A stretch of DNA of 64,000 bases from an uncultured Spirochaetia bacterium (GTDB taxonomy: Bacteria > Spirochaetota > Brachyspiria > Brachyspirales > Brachyspiraceae). Shown here in pieces: positions 38,368 to 49,575 of this stretch. A program made the translations under genes and the position numbers. Within the stretch, counting starts at the first letter, position 1. Each line of letters opens with the position of its first letter. A model generated the notes under the pieces. That model saw only the letters and a list, made by a program, of their open reading frames with translations, had not been told where the DNA came from and made no database searches. The DNA is taken from positions 4,623 through 68,622 of the forward strand of contig CAMRBQ010000007.1 in NCBI GenBank assembly GCA_947040495.1, in the 5' to 3' direction.

Positions 38368-39021
38368 ATGAAAGGCATAATTGGTAGAAAATTAGGAATG
38401 ACGACCATATACGATGATAATGGTGCTGCTATTGTTGTAACAGTTGTAGAGGCTGGTCCTTGTACTGTTACTGAAATAAAAAATCTTGAAAGAGATGGTT
38501 ATAGTGCATTACAATTGGGCTATGGTTTTGTCAATGAAAAACATCTTAAAAAACCACAGATTGGTAAGTTTAAGAAAACAAATATAGAGCCTAAAAAATA
38601 TTTGCGAGAGTTTAGAATAGAGGATATATCTAATTATACTCTAGGTCAAGAACTCAAAGCGGATGTTTTTGAAAAGGGTGATTATATAGATGTAAGTGCT
38701 TTATCGAAAGGTAAAGGATTTTCCGGGGTTATGAAGCGTCATAATTATCATGGTGGACCTATGTCACATGGTAGTAATTTCCGCCGTAGAGCTGGTTCTA
38801 TCGGTTCTAACACATATCCTGCTAGGGTATGGAAAGGAAAAGGTATGCCGGGTCATATGGGAGATAGCAAGGTAACTATACAAAGCCTTAGGGTTATTGA
38901 GATTAGATCTGAAGATAATCTCATAATGATAAGTGGTGCTATACCGGGTGCGGTTAATGGCATAGTTAAACTTACTGTTGCTATGAAGAAAAAAAATAAG
39001 AAAATCACTCAGGCAGGGTAA
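38368..39021 (+). CDS. rplC: 50S ribosomal protein L3
   Basis: MKGIIGRKLGMTTIY is the canonical L3 start, with RBS gagga 8 nt upstream. The track ORF begins 14 codons earlier at 38326. Confidence 0.93.
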   Translation: MKGIIGRKLGMTTIYDDNGAAIVVTVVEAGPCTVTEIKNLERDGYSALQLGYGFVNEKHLKKPQIGKFKKTNIEPKKYLREFRIEDISNYTLGQELKADVFEKGDYIDVSALSKGKGFSGVMKRHNYHGGPMSHGSNFRRRAGSIGSNTYPARVWKGKGMPGHMGDSKVTIQSLRVIEIRSEDNLIMISGAIPGAVNGIVKLTVAMKKKNKKITQAG

Positions 39022-39023
39022 AT

Positions 39024-39683
39024 ATGGATATTACAGTATTGAATGAACAGGGTGTATCCTCAGGCAGTATAGAGGTCTTAGATACTTTACTTGGTTCTGA
39101 TGTAAATATGAATGTTTTGTATGAAGCTATAAAAAATGAGCTTGCCAATAAAAGACAGGGTACACATTCCACAAAAACACGTGGTGAAGTTTCTGGTGGT
39201 GGTAGAAAGCCTTGGAGACAGAAAGGTACAGGTCGTGCGAGGGCTGGTTCTATACGTTCACCTATTTGGGTAGGTGGTGGTAAGGTATTTACTCCAAAGC
39301 CACGAGATTATAGTTATAGATTACCAAAAAAAGTAAAACGTAAGGCATTGTTATCTGTTCTGTCACTTAAGTATGGAAATAGTGTCTTAAAGATTATAGA
39401 AGACTTATCGTTTGATCTTCCAAAGACTAAGAGAATGGTAGAGTTTTTAGGTAAAGTTAAATTAGAAGCATCTAGACGTATTGTTTTTGTAGTTGCTAAG
39501 GATGAAACACTTGGTGATAACTATAGAAATTTAATAATGTCTTTAAGAAATATTAAAGATGTAAAATTAGTAAATGCTGATAGTATGTCTATTCATCCGT
39601 TATTTTATGCTGATGAGATATATTTCACAAAAACAGCTATAAAAAAAGTGAATACTATAGTATCACAGAATATTAAAGGGTAA
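39024..39683 (+). CDS. rplD: 50S ribosomal protein L4
   Basis: GGGRKPWRQKGTGRARAGS signature. Confidence 0.97.
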   Translation: MDITVLNEQGVSSGSIEVLDTLLGSDVNMNVLYEAIKNELANKRQGTHSTKTRGEVSGGGRKPWRQKGTGRARAGSIRSPIWVGGGKVFTPKPRDYSYRLPKKVKRKALLSVLSLKYGNSVLKIIEDLSFDLPKTKRMVEFLGKVKLEASRRIVFVVAKDETLGDNYRNLIMSLRNIKDVKLVNADSMSIHPLFYADEIYFTKTAIKKVNTIVSQNIKG

Positions 39684-39688
39684 TAATT

Positions 39689-39994
39689 ATGGAAAAAAAT
39701 GCATATTCACTTATTATAGAACCAATATTGACGGAAAAGACAAATATTCTTAGAACGAATCCTCATAATACAGAAAAACGTTATTACGTATTTAAAGTTC
39801 ATAAGGATGCTAATAAACCTGAAATAATGAAGGCTATAAATACCTTGTATCAAGTAAATCCGCTTGATTGTAAAATAATCAATGTTAAACCGAGAAAGAA
39901 AAACAGAAGAATGAGTAAGCGTGGATATACACGTAGCTATAAAAAGGCGATAATCGTACTTGATGGTAAAGAAAAAATAGAAATAATAAAGTAG
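39689..39994 (+). CDS. rplW: 50S ribosomal protein L23
   Basis: Position between rplD and rplB; L23-like [10 protein letters not shown]...YVFKV pattern. Confidence 0.93.
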   Translation: MEKNAYSLIIEPILTEKTNILRTNPHNTEKRYYVFKVHKDANKPEIMKAINTLYQVNPLDCKIINVKPRKKNRRMSKRGYTRSYKKAIIVLDGKEKIEIIK

Positions 39995-40007
39995 GTGGAG
40001 AAAAAAA

Positions 40008-40841
40008 GTGGCTGTAAAAAAGTTTAAACCAACAACACCAAGTTTAAGATATCGCACGGTCCCAAGTTTTGATGAGATAACTGATAGTAAACCGTGTAAA
40101 AAATTAACTAAAGGTAAGAGAAGAATTAGTGGACGTGGTTCTGACGGTCGCATTACTATGCGTAGACGCGGCGGCGGACATAAGAAATCTTATAGAGAAA
40201 TAGATTTTAAAAGGGATAAATACGGTATCGAGGCAAAAGTAATCTCTGTGCAGTATGATCCAAATAGAAGTGCAAGAATAGCTTTGCTTAACTATACAGA
40301 TGGTGAAAAAAGATATATCTTGTGGCCTACAGGTTTAAATGTAGGTGATCATGTTGTTAGTGGTGAAAATGCTAGGGTTAGAATAGGCTGTGCATTGCCA
40401 TTATCAAAGATACCAACAGGCACTATAATACATAATATAGAATTACACCCTGGTCGCGGCGGTCAATTGGTGCGTGCAGCGGGTGGTGGTGCACAAATAA
40501 CTGCAAAAGATGAAAAATATTGTGTTATACGCTTGCGTTCTGGCGAAGAAAGACGTATACTAGTACGCTGCTATGCCACGGTTGGTGCAGTCGGTAATGT
40601 CGAACATTTTAATACGACTGATGGTAAAGCAGGTGTTACAAGATGGAAAGGACGTAGACCAAAAGTTCGTGGTGTAGTTATGAATCCTGTAGATCACCCG
40701 CATGGTGGTGGGGAGGGTAAATCAGGTCAAGGTAATCCTCATCCTGTTTCTCCTACTGGTGTGCCAGCTAAGGGTTATAAAACTAGAAAGAAACATAAGT
40801 ATTCAGATAGATTAATTGTTAAAAAGAGAGGGAAGAAATAA
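40008..40841 (+). CDS. rplB: 50S ribosomal protein L2
   Basis: [10 protein letters not shown]...[13 protein letters not shown] signature. The start codon is GTG. Confidence 0.98.
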   Translation: MAVKKFKPTTPSLRYRTVPSFDEITDSKPCKKLTKGKRRISGRGSDGRITMRRRGGGHKKSYREIDFKRDKYGIEAKVISVQYDPNRSARIALLNYTDGEKRYILWPTGLNVGDHVVSGENARVRIGCALPLSKIPTGTIIHNIELHPGRGGQLVRAAGGGAQITAKDEKYCVIRLRSGEERRILVRCYATVGAVGNVEHFNTTDGKAGVTRWKGRRPKVRGVVMNPVDHPHGGGEGKSGQGNPHPVSPTGVPAKGYKTRKKHKYSDRLIVKKRGKK

Positions 40842-41113
40842 TGTCTCGTTCAATAAAGAAAGGGCCTTTTGTGGATAAGAATCTTTTTAAAAAGATTCAA
40901 ACACAAGGTAATGACAAAAAAAATCCCATTAAAACTTATAGCCGTGCATCGACTATAATACCTGAGATGATTGGGATAACAATTAATGTACATAATGGAA
41001 AAGCATTTATTCCGGTATATGTACAAGAAAATATGATAGGTCATAAGCTTGGCGAGTTTTCCCCGACTAGATTATTTAGAGGGCACTCTGGTTCTAAGGC
41101 TGATAGGAAATAA
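40841..41113 (+). CDS. rpsS: 30S ribosomal protein S19
   Basis: [12 protein letters not shown]...GHKLGEF signature. Confidence 0.98.
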   Translation: MSRSIKKGPFVDKNLFKKIQTQGNDKKNPIKTYSRASTIIPEMIGITINVHNGKAFIPVYVQENMIGHKLGEFSPTRLFRGHSGSKADRK

Positions 41114-41125
41114 AAGGATAGAGTA

Positions 41126-41590
41126 ATGGATTATAAAGTAAAAACACGTTATATTCGTATAGGAAGAAGGAAAATTTCCAGACTATTTACTTTTGTGGAA
41201 GGTTTATATGTTCAAAGAGGGATTGCTAACCTCATGACTATGCCACAGGAGTCCTCAAAAGTTTTAAGGGCTGCTATTAAAAGTGGAATAGCGAATGCAT
41301 TGTTTACAACAAGAACAATAAACCCAGATACTTTATGGGTTAAAGAAGTACAATGTACGGATGGACCTAGATTGAAAAGAATAAAGGCTGGTAGTCGTGG
41401 TAGTGCTGATAAGATTATAAAACCTTATTCGCATCTAACAGTAGTGCTTACAGATGAGCCTATGCCTGAAAAGAAGAAAAACATAAAAAAAGGTGGGCCT
41501 AAGAAGACTAATGCTAAGCCATTAATTCTAGAAAATGAAGTGCCAGCATTAGAAAATCAAGAAACTACCGATAGTAGCAACAAGGAGTAA
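41126..41590 (+). CDS. rplV: 50S ribosomal protein L22 with ~45-aa Lys-rich C-terminal extension
   Basis: Operon position and an L22 core (RRKISRL...VLRAAIKSGIANA). At 154 aa it is longer than the usual ~110 aa. Confidence 0.9.
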   Translation: MDYKVKTRYIRIGRRKISRLFTFVEGLYVQRGIANLMTMPQESSKVLRAAIKSGIANALFTTRTINPDTLWVKEVQCTDGPRLKRIKAGSRGSADKIIKPYSHLTVVLTDEPMPEKKKNIKKGGPKKTNAKPLILENEVPALENQETTDSSNKE

Positions 41591-41595
41591 AGTAT

Positions 41596-42330
41596 ATGGG
41601 TCAGAAAGTACACCCTATCGGATTTAGACTTGGGGTTAATAAGACTTGGAGTAGCAGGTGGTTTAAGAATAAAGCCGCTTATGCTGATACTCTTCATGAA
41701 GATTTATCTATAAGAAGAACGATAAATAACTATTACTACAAGACTCTAAAAACAGAACAGAGAAGAGTTGGTGGTCGTAGGGAAATGTATGATCCTTCTA
41801 TTTCTGAAGTAGAGATAGTTCGTGGTCCTGATAGAGTTACTGTTTTTATAAATACATCACGTGCTGGTATTGTTATCGGCCCAAAGGGTGTTAGAGTAGA
41901 AGCATTGAAACTCATGCTTCAAAAAATTGTGAAAGAACCTATACAGGTTAATATAAAAGAAGTTAAAGATAGCGAAACAACAGCTTCTTTAGCCGCACAA
42001 AATGTAGCAAGACAGCTTGAAAATAGGGTTTTGTTTAGACGTGCTATGAAAACGGTTATTACTTTGGCTATGAAAAAGGGTGCTAAGGGAATAAAAGTTA
42101 TGTGTTCTGGGCGTCTTGGTGGTGCTGATATGTCTAGAATGGAGCAGTATAAACAGGGTTCTGTTCCACTACATACGCTTAGGGCGGATATTGACTATGG
42201 CACTGCAGAAGCACAAACAACATTTGGAATAATTGGCGTGAAGGTTTGGATATATAAAGGTGAAATTTTTGATAAGCGCGATAAAGTTCAAGATGATGCT
42301 GGAAAAGTCATCAGCGCTAAAGGAGAATAG
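41596..42330 (+). CDS. rpsC: 30S ribosomal protein S3
   Basis: [13 protein letters not shown] signature plus a KH domain. Confidence 0.98.
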   Translation: MGQKVHPIGFRLGVNKTWSSRWFKNKAAYADTLHEDLSIRRTINNYYYKTLKTEQRRVGGRREMYDPSISEVEIVRGPDRVTVFINTSRAGIVIGPKGVRVEALKLMLQKIVKEPIQVNIKEVKDSETTASLAAQNVARQLENRVLFRRAMKTVITLAMKKGAKGIKVMCSGRLGGADMSRMEQYKQGSVPLHTLRADIDYGTAEAQTTFGIIGVKVWIYKGEIFDKRDKVQDDAGKVISAKGE

Positions 42331-42332
42331 AT

Positions 42333-42743
42333 ATGCCTCCGGCAAGAACAAAATTTAGAAAACAGCATCGTGGTAGATTATCAGGTAAGTCTAAGAGAGG
42401 CAGTAATTTGTCGTTTGGAGACTTCGGTCTTATGGCATTAGAGCCAGTATGGCTTACTGAAAGACAAATTGAAGCAGCAAGACGTGCTATAGCAAGATAT
42501 ACAAGACGTCTTGGTAAAATTTGGATAAAAGTATATGCGGATAAACCTTATACAAAGAAACCAGCTGAAACTAGAATGGGTAAAGGTAAAGGTAATCCTG
42601 AGTATTGGGTAGCTGTAGTAAAGCCAGGTAGAATATTATTTGAATTGGCTGGTGTTTCTGAAGAAATAGCTACAGAGGCATTTAGACTTGCTGGGCATAA
42701 ATTGCCTATAAAAGCAAAGTTTATAAAGCGAGAGGAATTGTAA
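42333..42743 (+). CDS. rplP: 50S ribosomal protein L16
   Basis: KFRKQHRGR...RMGKGKG signature. Confidence 0.98.
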   Translation: MPPARTKFRKQHRGRLSGKSKRGSNLSFGDFGLMALEPVWLTERQIEAARRAIARYTRRLGKIWIKVYADKPYTKKPAETRMGKGKGNPEYWVAVVKPGRILFELAGVSEEIATEAFRLAGHKLPIKAKFIKREEL

Positions 42744-42744
42744 T

Positions 42745-42954
42745 ATGGCTAGTAAGAAAGATGTATTTTTACGCGATTTGGATGCTGAGCAGTTAAAAAG
42801 TAAATTAACAGAGCTAGAAAAAAGTCATCAAGAGGCGCGTTTTAATAAGATAAGTGGTGATAGTGCTCAATCTAATAAGATAAAAGAGGCTAGAAAAGAT
42901 ATAGCACGTGTGAAAACGTTTTTGCGTCAGTATGAACTTGAGATAAAGAAATAG
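42745..42954 (+). CDS. rpmC: 50S ribosomal protein L29
   Basis: Operon position, 69 aa, L29-like LRDLDAEQLKSKLTEL. Confidence 0.93.
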   Translation: MASKKDVFLRDLDAEQLKSKLTELEKSHQEARFNKISGDSAQSNKIKEARKDIARVKTFLRQYELEIKK

Positions 42955-42966
42955 AGAGGGCATGTT

Positions 42967-43338
42967 TTGAGCAATAATAATACAATTAAAAAACAAAAGA
43001 AAGTATTAGAGGGCACTGTTGTTAGTAATAAGATGGATAAAACAGTTGTTGTACGTGTTGATAGTAGGATTAAACACCCTCTATATGGAAAAACGATTAC
43101 ACGCAGTAAGAATTTCAAGGCTCATGATGAAAAAAATGAGTGCAGAGAAGGTGATACTGTTAGAATAATCGAATGTAGACCTCTTAGTAAAGATAAGTCT
43201 TTTAGATTATTTTCCATTACAAAAAAATCTGTTTCCTTAGAAAATGATGATTTAGATTCATCTGTAAAAGATATGTTAGTGGAAGATAAAAAAGAAGAGC
43301 CTAAGGTAGAAGTAGAATCTACTAGTACTACGGAATAA
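42967..43338 (+). CDS. rpsQ: 30S ribosomal protein S17 with acidic C-terminal extension
   Basis: [18 protein letters not shown]...HPLYGK core. TTG start with RBS gagaggg. At 123 aa it is longer than the usual ~85 aa. Confidence 0.9.
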   Translation: MSNNNTIKKQKKVLEGTVVSNKMDKTVVVRVDSRIKHPLYGKTITRSKNFKAHDEKNECREGDTVRIIECRPLSKDKSFRLFSITKKSVSLENDDLDSSVKDMLVEDKKEEPKVEVESTSTTE

Positions 43339-43359
43339 TAAGGCAGGAGTTTAGATTAT

Positions 43360-43728
43360 ATGATACAGGTAATGACAAGATTAAATGTTGCTGATAACAC
43401 TGGTGTAAAGAGGCTTAAGTGCATCAAGGTACTTGGTGGAAGTAAGCGTCGATATGCTACACTTGGCGATATAATTGTATGTTCGGTAACAGATATTATA
43501 CCTAGCTGTAGCATTGAAAAAGGTAAAGTTGTTAAAGCCGTTGTAGTTAGAGTGAAAAAAGAAGTTCGTAGAAAAGATGGTTCTTATATACGCTTTGATG
43601 AAAATGCTGCTGTTATTATTGATGATAAAAAAGAACCAAGAGGAAGACGTATATTTGGTCCTGTTGCGAGAGAATTACGCGATAGTGGATTTATGAAAAT
43701 AGTTTCTCTTGCGCCTGAAGTAATATAG
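43360..43728 (+). CDS. rplN: 50S ribosomal protein L14
   Basis: [15 protein letters not shown] signature. Confidence 0.98.
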   Translation: MIQVMTRLNVADNTGVKRLKCIKVLGGSKRRYATLGDIIVCSVTDIIPSCSIEKGKVVKAVVVRVKKEVRRKDGSYIRFDENAAVIIDDKKEPRGRRIFGPVARELRDSGFMKIVSLAPEVI

Positions 43729-43739
43729 GAGTATTTGTT

Positions 43740-44063
43740 ATGGATAAAGTGAAATATAAAATCAAAAGAGGCGATACCGTAGAGGTTATAACAGGCAATG
43801 ATAGTGGTAAGCGTGGTGAAGTATTGTCTGTTGTTAGAGATAAGGGTAGGGTTGTTGTTCAGGGAGTCAATTTGGTGAAAAACACATTACCAAAGAGCCA
43901 AGAGCGTCCAAGTGGTGGAATTGTTAAAAACGAAGTAGCTATACATATGTCAAATGTTGTGCTAATTGATAAGAGTGGCAATAGAACCAAGGTTGGAAGA
44001 AAGATTGATAATGGTAAATTAAAAAGATATTCAAAGAAATCTGGTACTATACTTGATAAATAA
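43740..44063 (+). CDS. rplX: 50S ribosomal protein L24
   Basis: [18 protein letters not shown] is the KOW motif. Confidence 0.96.
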   Translation: MDKVKYKIKRGDTVEVITGNDSGKRGEVLSVVRDKGRVVVQGVNLVKNTLPKSQERPSGGIVKNEVAIHMSNVVLIDKSGNRTKVGRKIDNGKLKRYSKKSGTILDK

Positions 44064-44080
44064 TTAGGAGCGAGGGTTTT

Positions 44081-44623
44081 ATGCCGGTATTAAAAGAGAA
44101 ATATAAACAAGAAGTAAAACAAGATCTAATAAAAGAATTGAATCTTGAATCGTCTATGGCTGTACCTCGTATTGAAAAGATTGTTATAAATATGGGTATA
44201 TCATCTGCTGTAACTGATAAGAAACATGCAGAAAGTGCTGTGGAAGAGCTTACAATGATAGCTGGTCAACATGCGGTGGTTACAAAAGCGAGAAAATCTA
44301 TAGCTAATTTTAAATTACGTGAAGGGATGCCTATCGGTTGTAGGGTAACATTACGCAATGAAAAAATGTATGATTTTTTGGAGCGTTTAATATTTATAGC
44401 ATTGCCTCGTGTTCGTGACTTTCAAGGAGTTCCTCTAAAGGGATTTGATGGAAGAGGTAATTATAATCTTGGTGTAAAAGAGCATACAATATTTCCTGAA
44501 ATTAGTTTTGATAAAACTGATAGTGTGAAAGGTATGAACATAACGATAGTTACAAGTGCAAACGATGATAATATGGCAAGAGAGCTATTGAAAAAAATAG
44601 GTCTTCCTTTTAGAAAACGTTAA
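44081..44623 (+). CDS. rplE: 50S ribosomal protein L5
   Basis: L5 pattern EKIVINMG...[11 protein letters not shown]. Confidence 0.97.
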   Translation: MPVLKEKYKQEVKQDLIKELNLESSMAVPRIEKIVINMGISSAVTDKKHAESAVEELTMIAGQHAVVTKARKSIANFKLREGMPIGCRVTLRNEKMYDFLERLIFIALPRVRDFQGVPLKGFDGRGNYNLGVKEHTIFPEISFDKTDSVKGMNITIVTSANDDNMARELLKKIGLPFRKR

Positions 44624-44659
44624 ATTTGTTGATACATAGATACTAAGGAGTATAAAAAG

Positions 44660-44845
44660 ATGGCACGATTAGCAATGAGAGTGAAGGCTGTCAAAAAACA
44701 AAAATATAAGACTCGAGCTTATAACCGCTGTCCTATATGTGGTAGAGCGAGAGCGTATATACGTCAATATAAAATGTGTCGTATATGTTTTAGAAAACTT
44801 GCATCTGAGGGTTTAATACCAGGTGTAACAAAATCGAGTTGGTAG
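44660..44845 (+). CDS. rpsN: 30S ribosomal protein S14, zinc-binding type Z
   Basis: 61 aa with CPICG...CRICFR. Confidence 0.96.
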   Translation: MARLAMRVKAVKKQKYKTRAYNRCPICGRARAYIRQYKMCRICFRKLASEGLIPGVTKSSW

Positions 44846-44857
44846 GAGAAAAGTTAA

Positions 44858-45259
44858 ATGAGTATACATGATCCTGTAGCTGATGCTCTAACTATTGTAA
44901 GAAATGGCAGTTCAGCTAAGAAAAAATTTGTTGAATTAAGATTTAGCAATAAAATTATGGACATACTTTCTATTTTGAAAGAAGAAGGTTATATTCGTAA
45001 TTTCAAGAAAGAAGATATCAAAGGTAAAAAGTTTTCTAGAGTAGTTGTAGAATTAAAATACTATGAAAACAAACCTGTAATTGATACTTTGAAAAGAATA
45101 TCTAGCCCTGGACTTCGCGTATATACAAGTGTTGATACACTTCCACGTGTAAGAAATGGATATGGTGTTGCTATTATATCGACAAGTAAGGGTGTTATGA
45201 CAGATAAAAAAGCAAGAGTAGAAAAGATTGGCGGCGAAGTGCTTTGCCATGTTTGGTAA
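44858..45259 (+). CDS. rpsH: 30S ribosomal protein S8
   Basis: DPVADALTIVRNG signature. Confidence 0.97.
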   Translation: MSIHDPVADALTIVRNGSSAKKKFVELRFSNKIMDILSILKEEGYIRNFKKEDIKGKKFSRVVVELKYYENKPVIDTLKRISSPGLRVYTSVDTLPRVRNGYGVAIISTSKGVMTDKKARVEKIGGEVLCHVW

Positions 45260-45282
45260 GAAATGATTAAAGGATTACTTTT

Positions 45283-45858
45283 ATGAGTAGATTAGCTAAT
45301 AAACCAATTGCTTTGCCGAGTGGCGTCAGCTTAAATATTGACAAAGGCCATGTTGTTGTAAAAGGTAAGCTTGGTGAATTGACAAGAGATTTTTTTGACT
45401 ATATAATAATAAGCCAAGATGACAAAGGTGTATGGGTTAAGGCTCCTGAAGCAACTAATGTCACTAAAGAAGAGGCTAGAAAAATATTTAAAAAACAATA
45501 TTCTGCAAGTGTAGGACTTTCTTTTAGACTTTTATCTAATATGATTGAAGGTGTAAGTACAGGTTATAAAAAGGTTCTTTTACTTGAAGGTGTTGGATAT
45601 AGAGCAAACATTCAGGGTAATATATTGACATTGCAGCTTGGTTTTTCTAGTGATATAAAGCTTACTGTACCAGAAGGGCTAAAGATTAGTATAGAAAAAG
45701 ATACTAAGATTACAATTGAAGGTATAGATAAAGAGGTTGTTGGTCAGTTTGCTATAGTTATAAAGAAGAAGAGACCTGTAGAGCCTTACCAGGGTAAAGG
45801 TGTTCGTTTTGAAGGTGAGAAAGTAAGACGTAAAGAAGGTAAGAAAGCATCTAAATAA
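45283..45858 (+). CDS. rplF: 50S ribosomal protein L6
   Basis: MSRLANKPIALPSGV...PYQGKGVRF signature. Confidence 0.96.
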   Translation: MSRLANKPIALPSGVSLNIDKGHVVVKGKLGELTRDFFDYIIISQDDKGVWVKAPEATNVTKEEARKIFKKQYSASVGLSFRLLSNMIEGVSTGYKKVLLLEGVGYRANIQGNILTLQLGFSSDIKLTVPEGLKISIEKDTKITIEGIDKEVVGQFAIVIKKKRPVEPYQGKGVRFEGEKVRRKEGKKASK

Positions 45859-45882
45859 TAGAGTTTTATTAGGAGATAGTAA

Positions 45883-46239
45883 ATGGGTTTGCAAGATGTG
45901 ATGAAAAATCAGCGTGCTAGAAGAAAGAGAAGTATAAGAATAAAAATAACAGGTACAGCTGATAAACCAAGACTTAGTGTTTATAGAAGTTTGAAATATA
46001 TTTCAGCTCAGCTGATAGATGATGATAGAGGTATAACAATCGCTGCTGCTAGCTCACAAGAAAAAGATATGAAGAGTGGAAAAAATCTTGATGTAGCTAA
46101 AGAGGTTGGTAAACTTCTTGGAACTAGAGCCAAAGAAAAAAATATAAATGAAATAGTTTTTGATAGAAACGGTTATCTGTATCATGGCAAAATTAAATCT
46201 CTTGCCGATGGTGCTAGAGAGTCGGGACTTAAGTTTTAA
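45883..46239 (+). CDS. rplR: 50S ribosomal protein L18
   Basis: RLSVYRSLKYISAQLIDD...FDRNGYLYHGKIKSLADGARE signature. Confidence 0.96.
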   Translation: MGLQDVMKNQRARRKRSIRIKITGTADKPRLSVYRSLKYISAQLIDDDRGITIAAASSQEKDMKSGKNLDVAKEVGKLLGTRAKEKNINEIVFDRNGYLYHGKIKSLADGARESGLKF

Positions 46240-46250
46240 GGAGAATATCA

Positions 46251-46769
46251 GTGGCTTATTACGAAGATAAAAATAAAGAAGATAATCAATTTGAAGAGAA
46301 ATTAATAAAACTGAGTAGGGTTGCCAAGGTTGTAAAAGGTGGCCGTAGGTTTAGTTTTTCTGCTTTAATGGTGCTTGGTGATAAACAAGGCAATGTTGGA
46401 CTTGGATTTGGTAAAGCAAATGAAGTTCCTGATGCTATAAGAAAAGCTTTAGAGCAGGCAAGAAAAAACATGGTGCATTTGAATCTCAGAGGAGATACAA
46501 TACCTCATGATACAGTTGGCTATTTTAGAAGTAGTAAAATTATATTAAAACCAGCTTCAAAAGGTACAGGTGTTATAGCAGGTGGGCCTGCTCGTGCGGT
46601 ACTTGAAGTTGCTGGCGTAAAAAATATACTTTCAAAATCACTTGGCAATAACAATGCTTTGAATTTAGCTAAGGCTACATTGGAAGGATTAAAAACTTTA
46701 GAAAATATAAAGGATATTGCTAAAAAACGAGATAAAACGGTAGATGAAATATATGGGGTTTCTAAATGA
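46251..46769 (+). CDS. rpsE: 30S ribosomal protein S5
   Basis: [22 protein letters not shown] signature. The start codon is GTG. Confidence 0.97.
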   Translation: MAYYEDKNKEDNQFEEKLIKLSRVAKVVKGGRRFSFSALMVLGDKQGNVGLGFGKANEVPDAIRKALEQARKNMVHLNLRGDTIPHDTVGYFRSSKIILKPASKGTGVIAGGPARAVLEVAGVKNILSKSLGNNNALNLAKATLEGLKTLENIKDIAKKRDKTVDEIYGVSK

Positions 46770-46945
46770 ATAAAATAAAAATACACTTAGTAAAATCTCC
46801 TATTGGATATGATAAAAGTCAAAAGGCTACAGTTGTCGCTCTAGGTTTTAAAAAACATAAACGTATTGTAGAGCATGATGATAATCTAGTGATTAGAGGA
46901 ATGATTAACAAGATTTCACATTTAGTAAAAGTAGAAGAAAAGTAA
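46766..46945 (+). CDS. rpmD: 50S ribosomal protein L30
   Basis: Own translation [59 protein letters not shown]. It overlaps the rpsE stop by 4 nt and is too short for the ORF track. Confidence 0.9.
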   Translation: MNKIKIHLVKSPIGYDKSQKATVVALGFKKHKRIVEHDDNLVIRGMINKISHLVKVEEK

Positions 46946-46956
46946 GGATTTTATAG

Positions 46957-47442
46957 ATGGGACAAGAGAATAAAAATATTATTAAAGCTCCTCAAGGTAG
47001 TTCAAGAAAACTAAGACGTGTTGGTCGTGGTACTGGTAGTGGCTGGGGTTGTACTGCTGGCCGTGGTAATAAAGGTGCACAATCACGTTCTGGATATAGT
47101 AGAAAGGTTGGTTTTGAAGGTGGACAGATGCCGCTTGTTAGGCGTATTCCTAAGTATGGATTTACTAATGGTGCTTTCAAAAAAGATGTTGAAATTATAA
47201 GTATTTCTCAGTTAGTTTCATTATTTAATGATAATGAAGTTACAAGAGAAATGCTAATAAAAAAAGGCATGCTTAGAAATCTTACTGGATATATAAAATT
47301 ATTATCTGATGGCGAAGTAACTAGACCAATTACTATTACAGTTGATATGGCAAGTAAGTCTGCTATTAAAAAAATAGAATCTGCTGGCGGTAAAGTTATT
47401 ATAATAGAGCGAAAGAAATGGCTTCGCGAAAAAAAATCATAG
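46957..47442 (+). CDS. rplO: 50S ribosomal protein L15
   Basis: RVGRGTGSGWGCTAGRGNKGAQSRSG signature. Confidence 0.96.
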   Translation: MGQENKNIIKAPQGSSRKLRRVGRGTGSGWGCTAGRGNKGAQSRSGYSRKVGFEGGQMPLVRRIPKYGFTNGAFKKDVEIISISQLVSLFNDNEVTREMLIKKGMLRNLTGYIKLLSDGEVTRPITITVDMASKSAIKKIESAGGKVIIIERKKWLREKKS

Positions 47443-47455
47443 GTATATATAAATA

Positions 47456-48799
47456 ATGTCAACTACAGTTACAAATATATTTAGAGTAGCCGAACTAAGA
47501 AGGCGTCTTTTGTTTCTTTTAATGGCTATAGTAGTCTATCGAATTGGTAGTCATATACCTACACCTGGTATCGACCCTACGGCCTTATTTGGCTTTTTGA
47601 ATGATGCCCAAGGTAGTGGTGGTTTATTAACAATAATGGATTTGTTTTCAGGTGGAGCTCTTTTTAGATTTTCTGTTTTGGCACTAGGTATAATGCCTTA
47701 TATATCTGCCTCGATTATAATGCAGTTGCTTACAATAGTATTGCCTGCACTTGAGAGATTACAAAAAGAGGGTGATACTGGGCGTAAAAAAATAAATCAG
47801 TATGTACGTTATTTGGCATTGATTTTATGTGTGGTACAGTCTGCTGCTATGGCAAGTTGGATACAGAGTATTCAAGATGGTGCTATGATATTTATGGAAC
47901 CTGGATTTGGCTTTATAGTGCTTGTTGTACTGACAGCAACAGCTGGTACAATGTTCCTAATGTGGTTGGGAGACCAGATAACAGAGTATGGAATAGGTAA
48001 TGGTATATCAATGATAATATTTGCGGGTATTGTTGCAAGAATTCCTGCCGGTGTTATTGATATTTTTGCAAAAAGAAATACAGATTATATGAACTCACTT
48101 GTAATAGTGTTGTTCTTTATGATATTTGCCGTTGTTATTTTCTTCGTAGTGTATGAGGAAAGTGGACAGAGAAGAATACCAGTTCAATATGCTAAGCGTG
48201 TTGTTGGTAGAAAGGTTTATGGAGGCCAAGCAACACATATTCCTTTCAAGATTAATCCATCTGGTGTTATTCCAATAATATTTGCTTCCGCTTTGATAGC
48301 GATACCAAGCCAAGTGGCAAGTGTTACTCGTACTATGGAATGGGGATGGCTTGATGCGATACTCAGATTTTTCTCTTATGGTAATTGGGCATACATAATT
48401 TTGTATTCTCTACTTGTAATATTTTTTGCTTACATGTATACTTCTGTTCAGTTTAATCCTAATGATATAGCTGAGAATTTAAAGAAGAGTGGTGGATTTA
48501 TTCCGGGTTATAGGCCTGGTACTCAGACAGCCGATTATTTAAAAGGTGTATTATCTAGAGTGACTATAGGTGGTTCATTCTTTTTGGCTGCGATAGCAAT
48601 TTTTCCAGATTTAATGACAAAGATACCGGTGTTTACGGCTTTTAGAGGTTCGCAATCATCTTTGGTATATCTGATGGGCGGTACGTCTATGCTGATCAGT
48701 GTAAGTGTTGCAGTTGAGTTAATTAAGCAAATAGAGTCACATCTACAGATGCATAATTATGATGGCTTTTTGAAAAAGAGCGGTAAGGCTCGGAGATAA
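47456..48799 (+). CDS. secY: Preprotein translocase subunit SecY
   Basis: 447-aa polytopic protein with LGIMPYISASII and GDQITEYGIGNGIS blocks. Confidence 0.97.
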   Translation: MSTTVTNIFRVAELRRRLLFLLMAIVVYRIGSHIPTPGIDPTALFGFLNDAQGSGGLLTIMDLFSGGALFRFSVLALGIMPYISASIIMQLLTIVLPALERLQKEGDTGRKKINQYVRYLALILCVVQSAAMASWIQSIQDGAMIFMEPGFGFIVLVVLTATAGTMFLMWLGDQITEYGIGNGISMIIFAGIVARIPAGVIDIFAKRNTDYMNSLVIVLFFMIFAVVIFFVVYEESGQRRIPVQYAKRVVGRKVYGGQATHIPFKINPSGVIPIIFASALIAIPSQVASVTRTMEWGWLDAILRFFSYGNWAYIILYSLLVIFFAYMYTSVQFNPNDIAENLKKSGGFIPGYRPGTQTADYLKGVLSRVTIGGSFFLAAIAIFPDLMTKIPVFTAFRGSQSSLVYLMGGTSMLISVSVAVELIKQIESHLQMHNYDGFLKKSGKARR

Positions 48800-48805
48800 T
48801 TTATA

Positions 48806-49024
48806 ATGTCAGAAAAAGAAAGTATTGAGATTGAGGGAAAGGTAAAAGAACATCTACCAAATGCTATGTTTAAGGTAGAATTAGAGAATGGTCATACGAT
48901 ATTGGCTCATATATCGGGTAAAATGAGAATGAATTTTATTAGAATATTACCTGGTGATAGAGTTACGGTGGAATTGTCTCCTTATAATTTGACCAAAGGA
49001 CGCATTATTTATAGATATAAGTAG
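48806..49024 (+). CDS. infA: Translation initiation factor IF-1
   Basis: [24 protein letters not shown]...SGKMR signature. Confidence 0.97.
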   Translation: MSEKESIEIEGKVKEHLPNAMFKVELENGHTILAHISGKMRMNFIRILPGDRVTVELSPYNLTKGRIIYRYK

Positions 49025-49036
49025 TTGGAGAATAAA

Positions 49037-49153
49037 ATGAAAGTAAGAAGTTCGGTTAAAAAACGCTGTAATGATTGTCAAATAGTCAAGCGTAAGGGTA
49101 TAGTAAGGGTTATATGCAAAAAAAACCCACGCCATAAGCAAAAACAAAAGTAA
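49037..49153 (+). CDS. rpmJ: 50S ribosomal protein L36 (zinc type)
   Basis: Own translation [38 protein letters not shown]. Too short for the ORF track. Confidence 0.93.
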   Translation: MKVRSSVKKRCNDCQIVKRKGIVRVICKKNPRHKQKQK

Positions 49154-49166
49154 GGAGCAGTGATAA

Positions 49167-49556
49167 ATGGCACGTATAATGGGAATTGAATTACCAAATA
49201 ATAAGCGTATAGAGATTGCTTTAACTGCTATATACGGTATTGGTAGGTCTATTGCACATACAATTTGTAATAAAGCTAATATTGATTATTCTGTTAAAGC
49301 TAAAGATTTAACGGATCTCCAGATAACAGCTTTGCGTGATGCGATTGAAGCAACGACTAAGGTTGAAGGTGATCTCCGAACAGAGATACATATGAATATT
49401 AAACGTCTTAAAGATATTAAGGCTTATAGGGGTATTCGGCATATAAGAAGATTGCCAACAAGAGGTCAGCGTACACATACTAACTCTAGAAATGCTAGGG
49501 GTGGTGGGGCTAGAAAATCTATCGCAGGCAAGAAAAAAGCACCTGGTAAAAAATAA
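49167..49556 (+). CDS. rpsM: 30S ribosomal protein S13
   Basis: MARIMGIELPNNKR...YRGIRH signature. Confidence 0.97.
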   Translation: MARIMGIELPNNKRIEIALTAIYGIGRSIAHTICNKANIDYSVKAKDLTDLQITALRDAIEATTKVEGDLRTEIHMNIKRLKDIKAYRGIRHIRRLPTRGQRTHTNSRNARGGGARKSIAGKKKAPGKK

Positions 49557-49575
49557 TTAAATAAGGAGAATATCT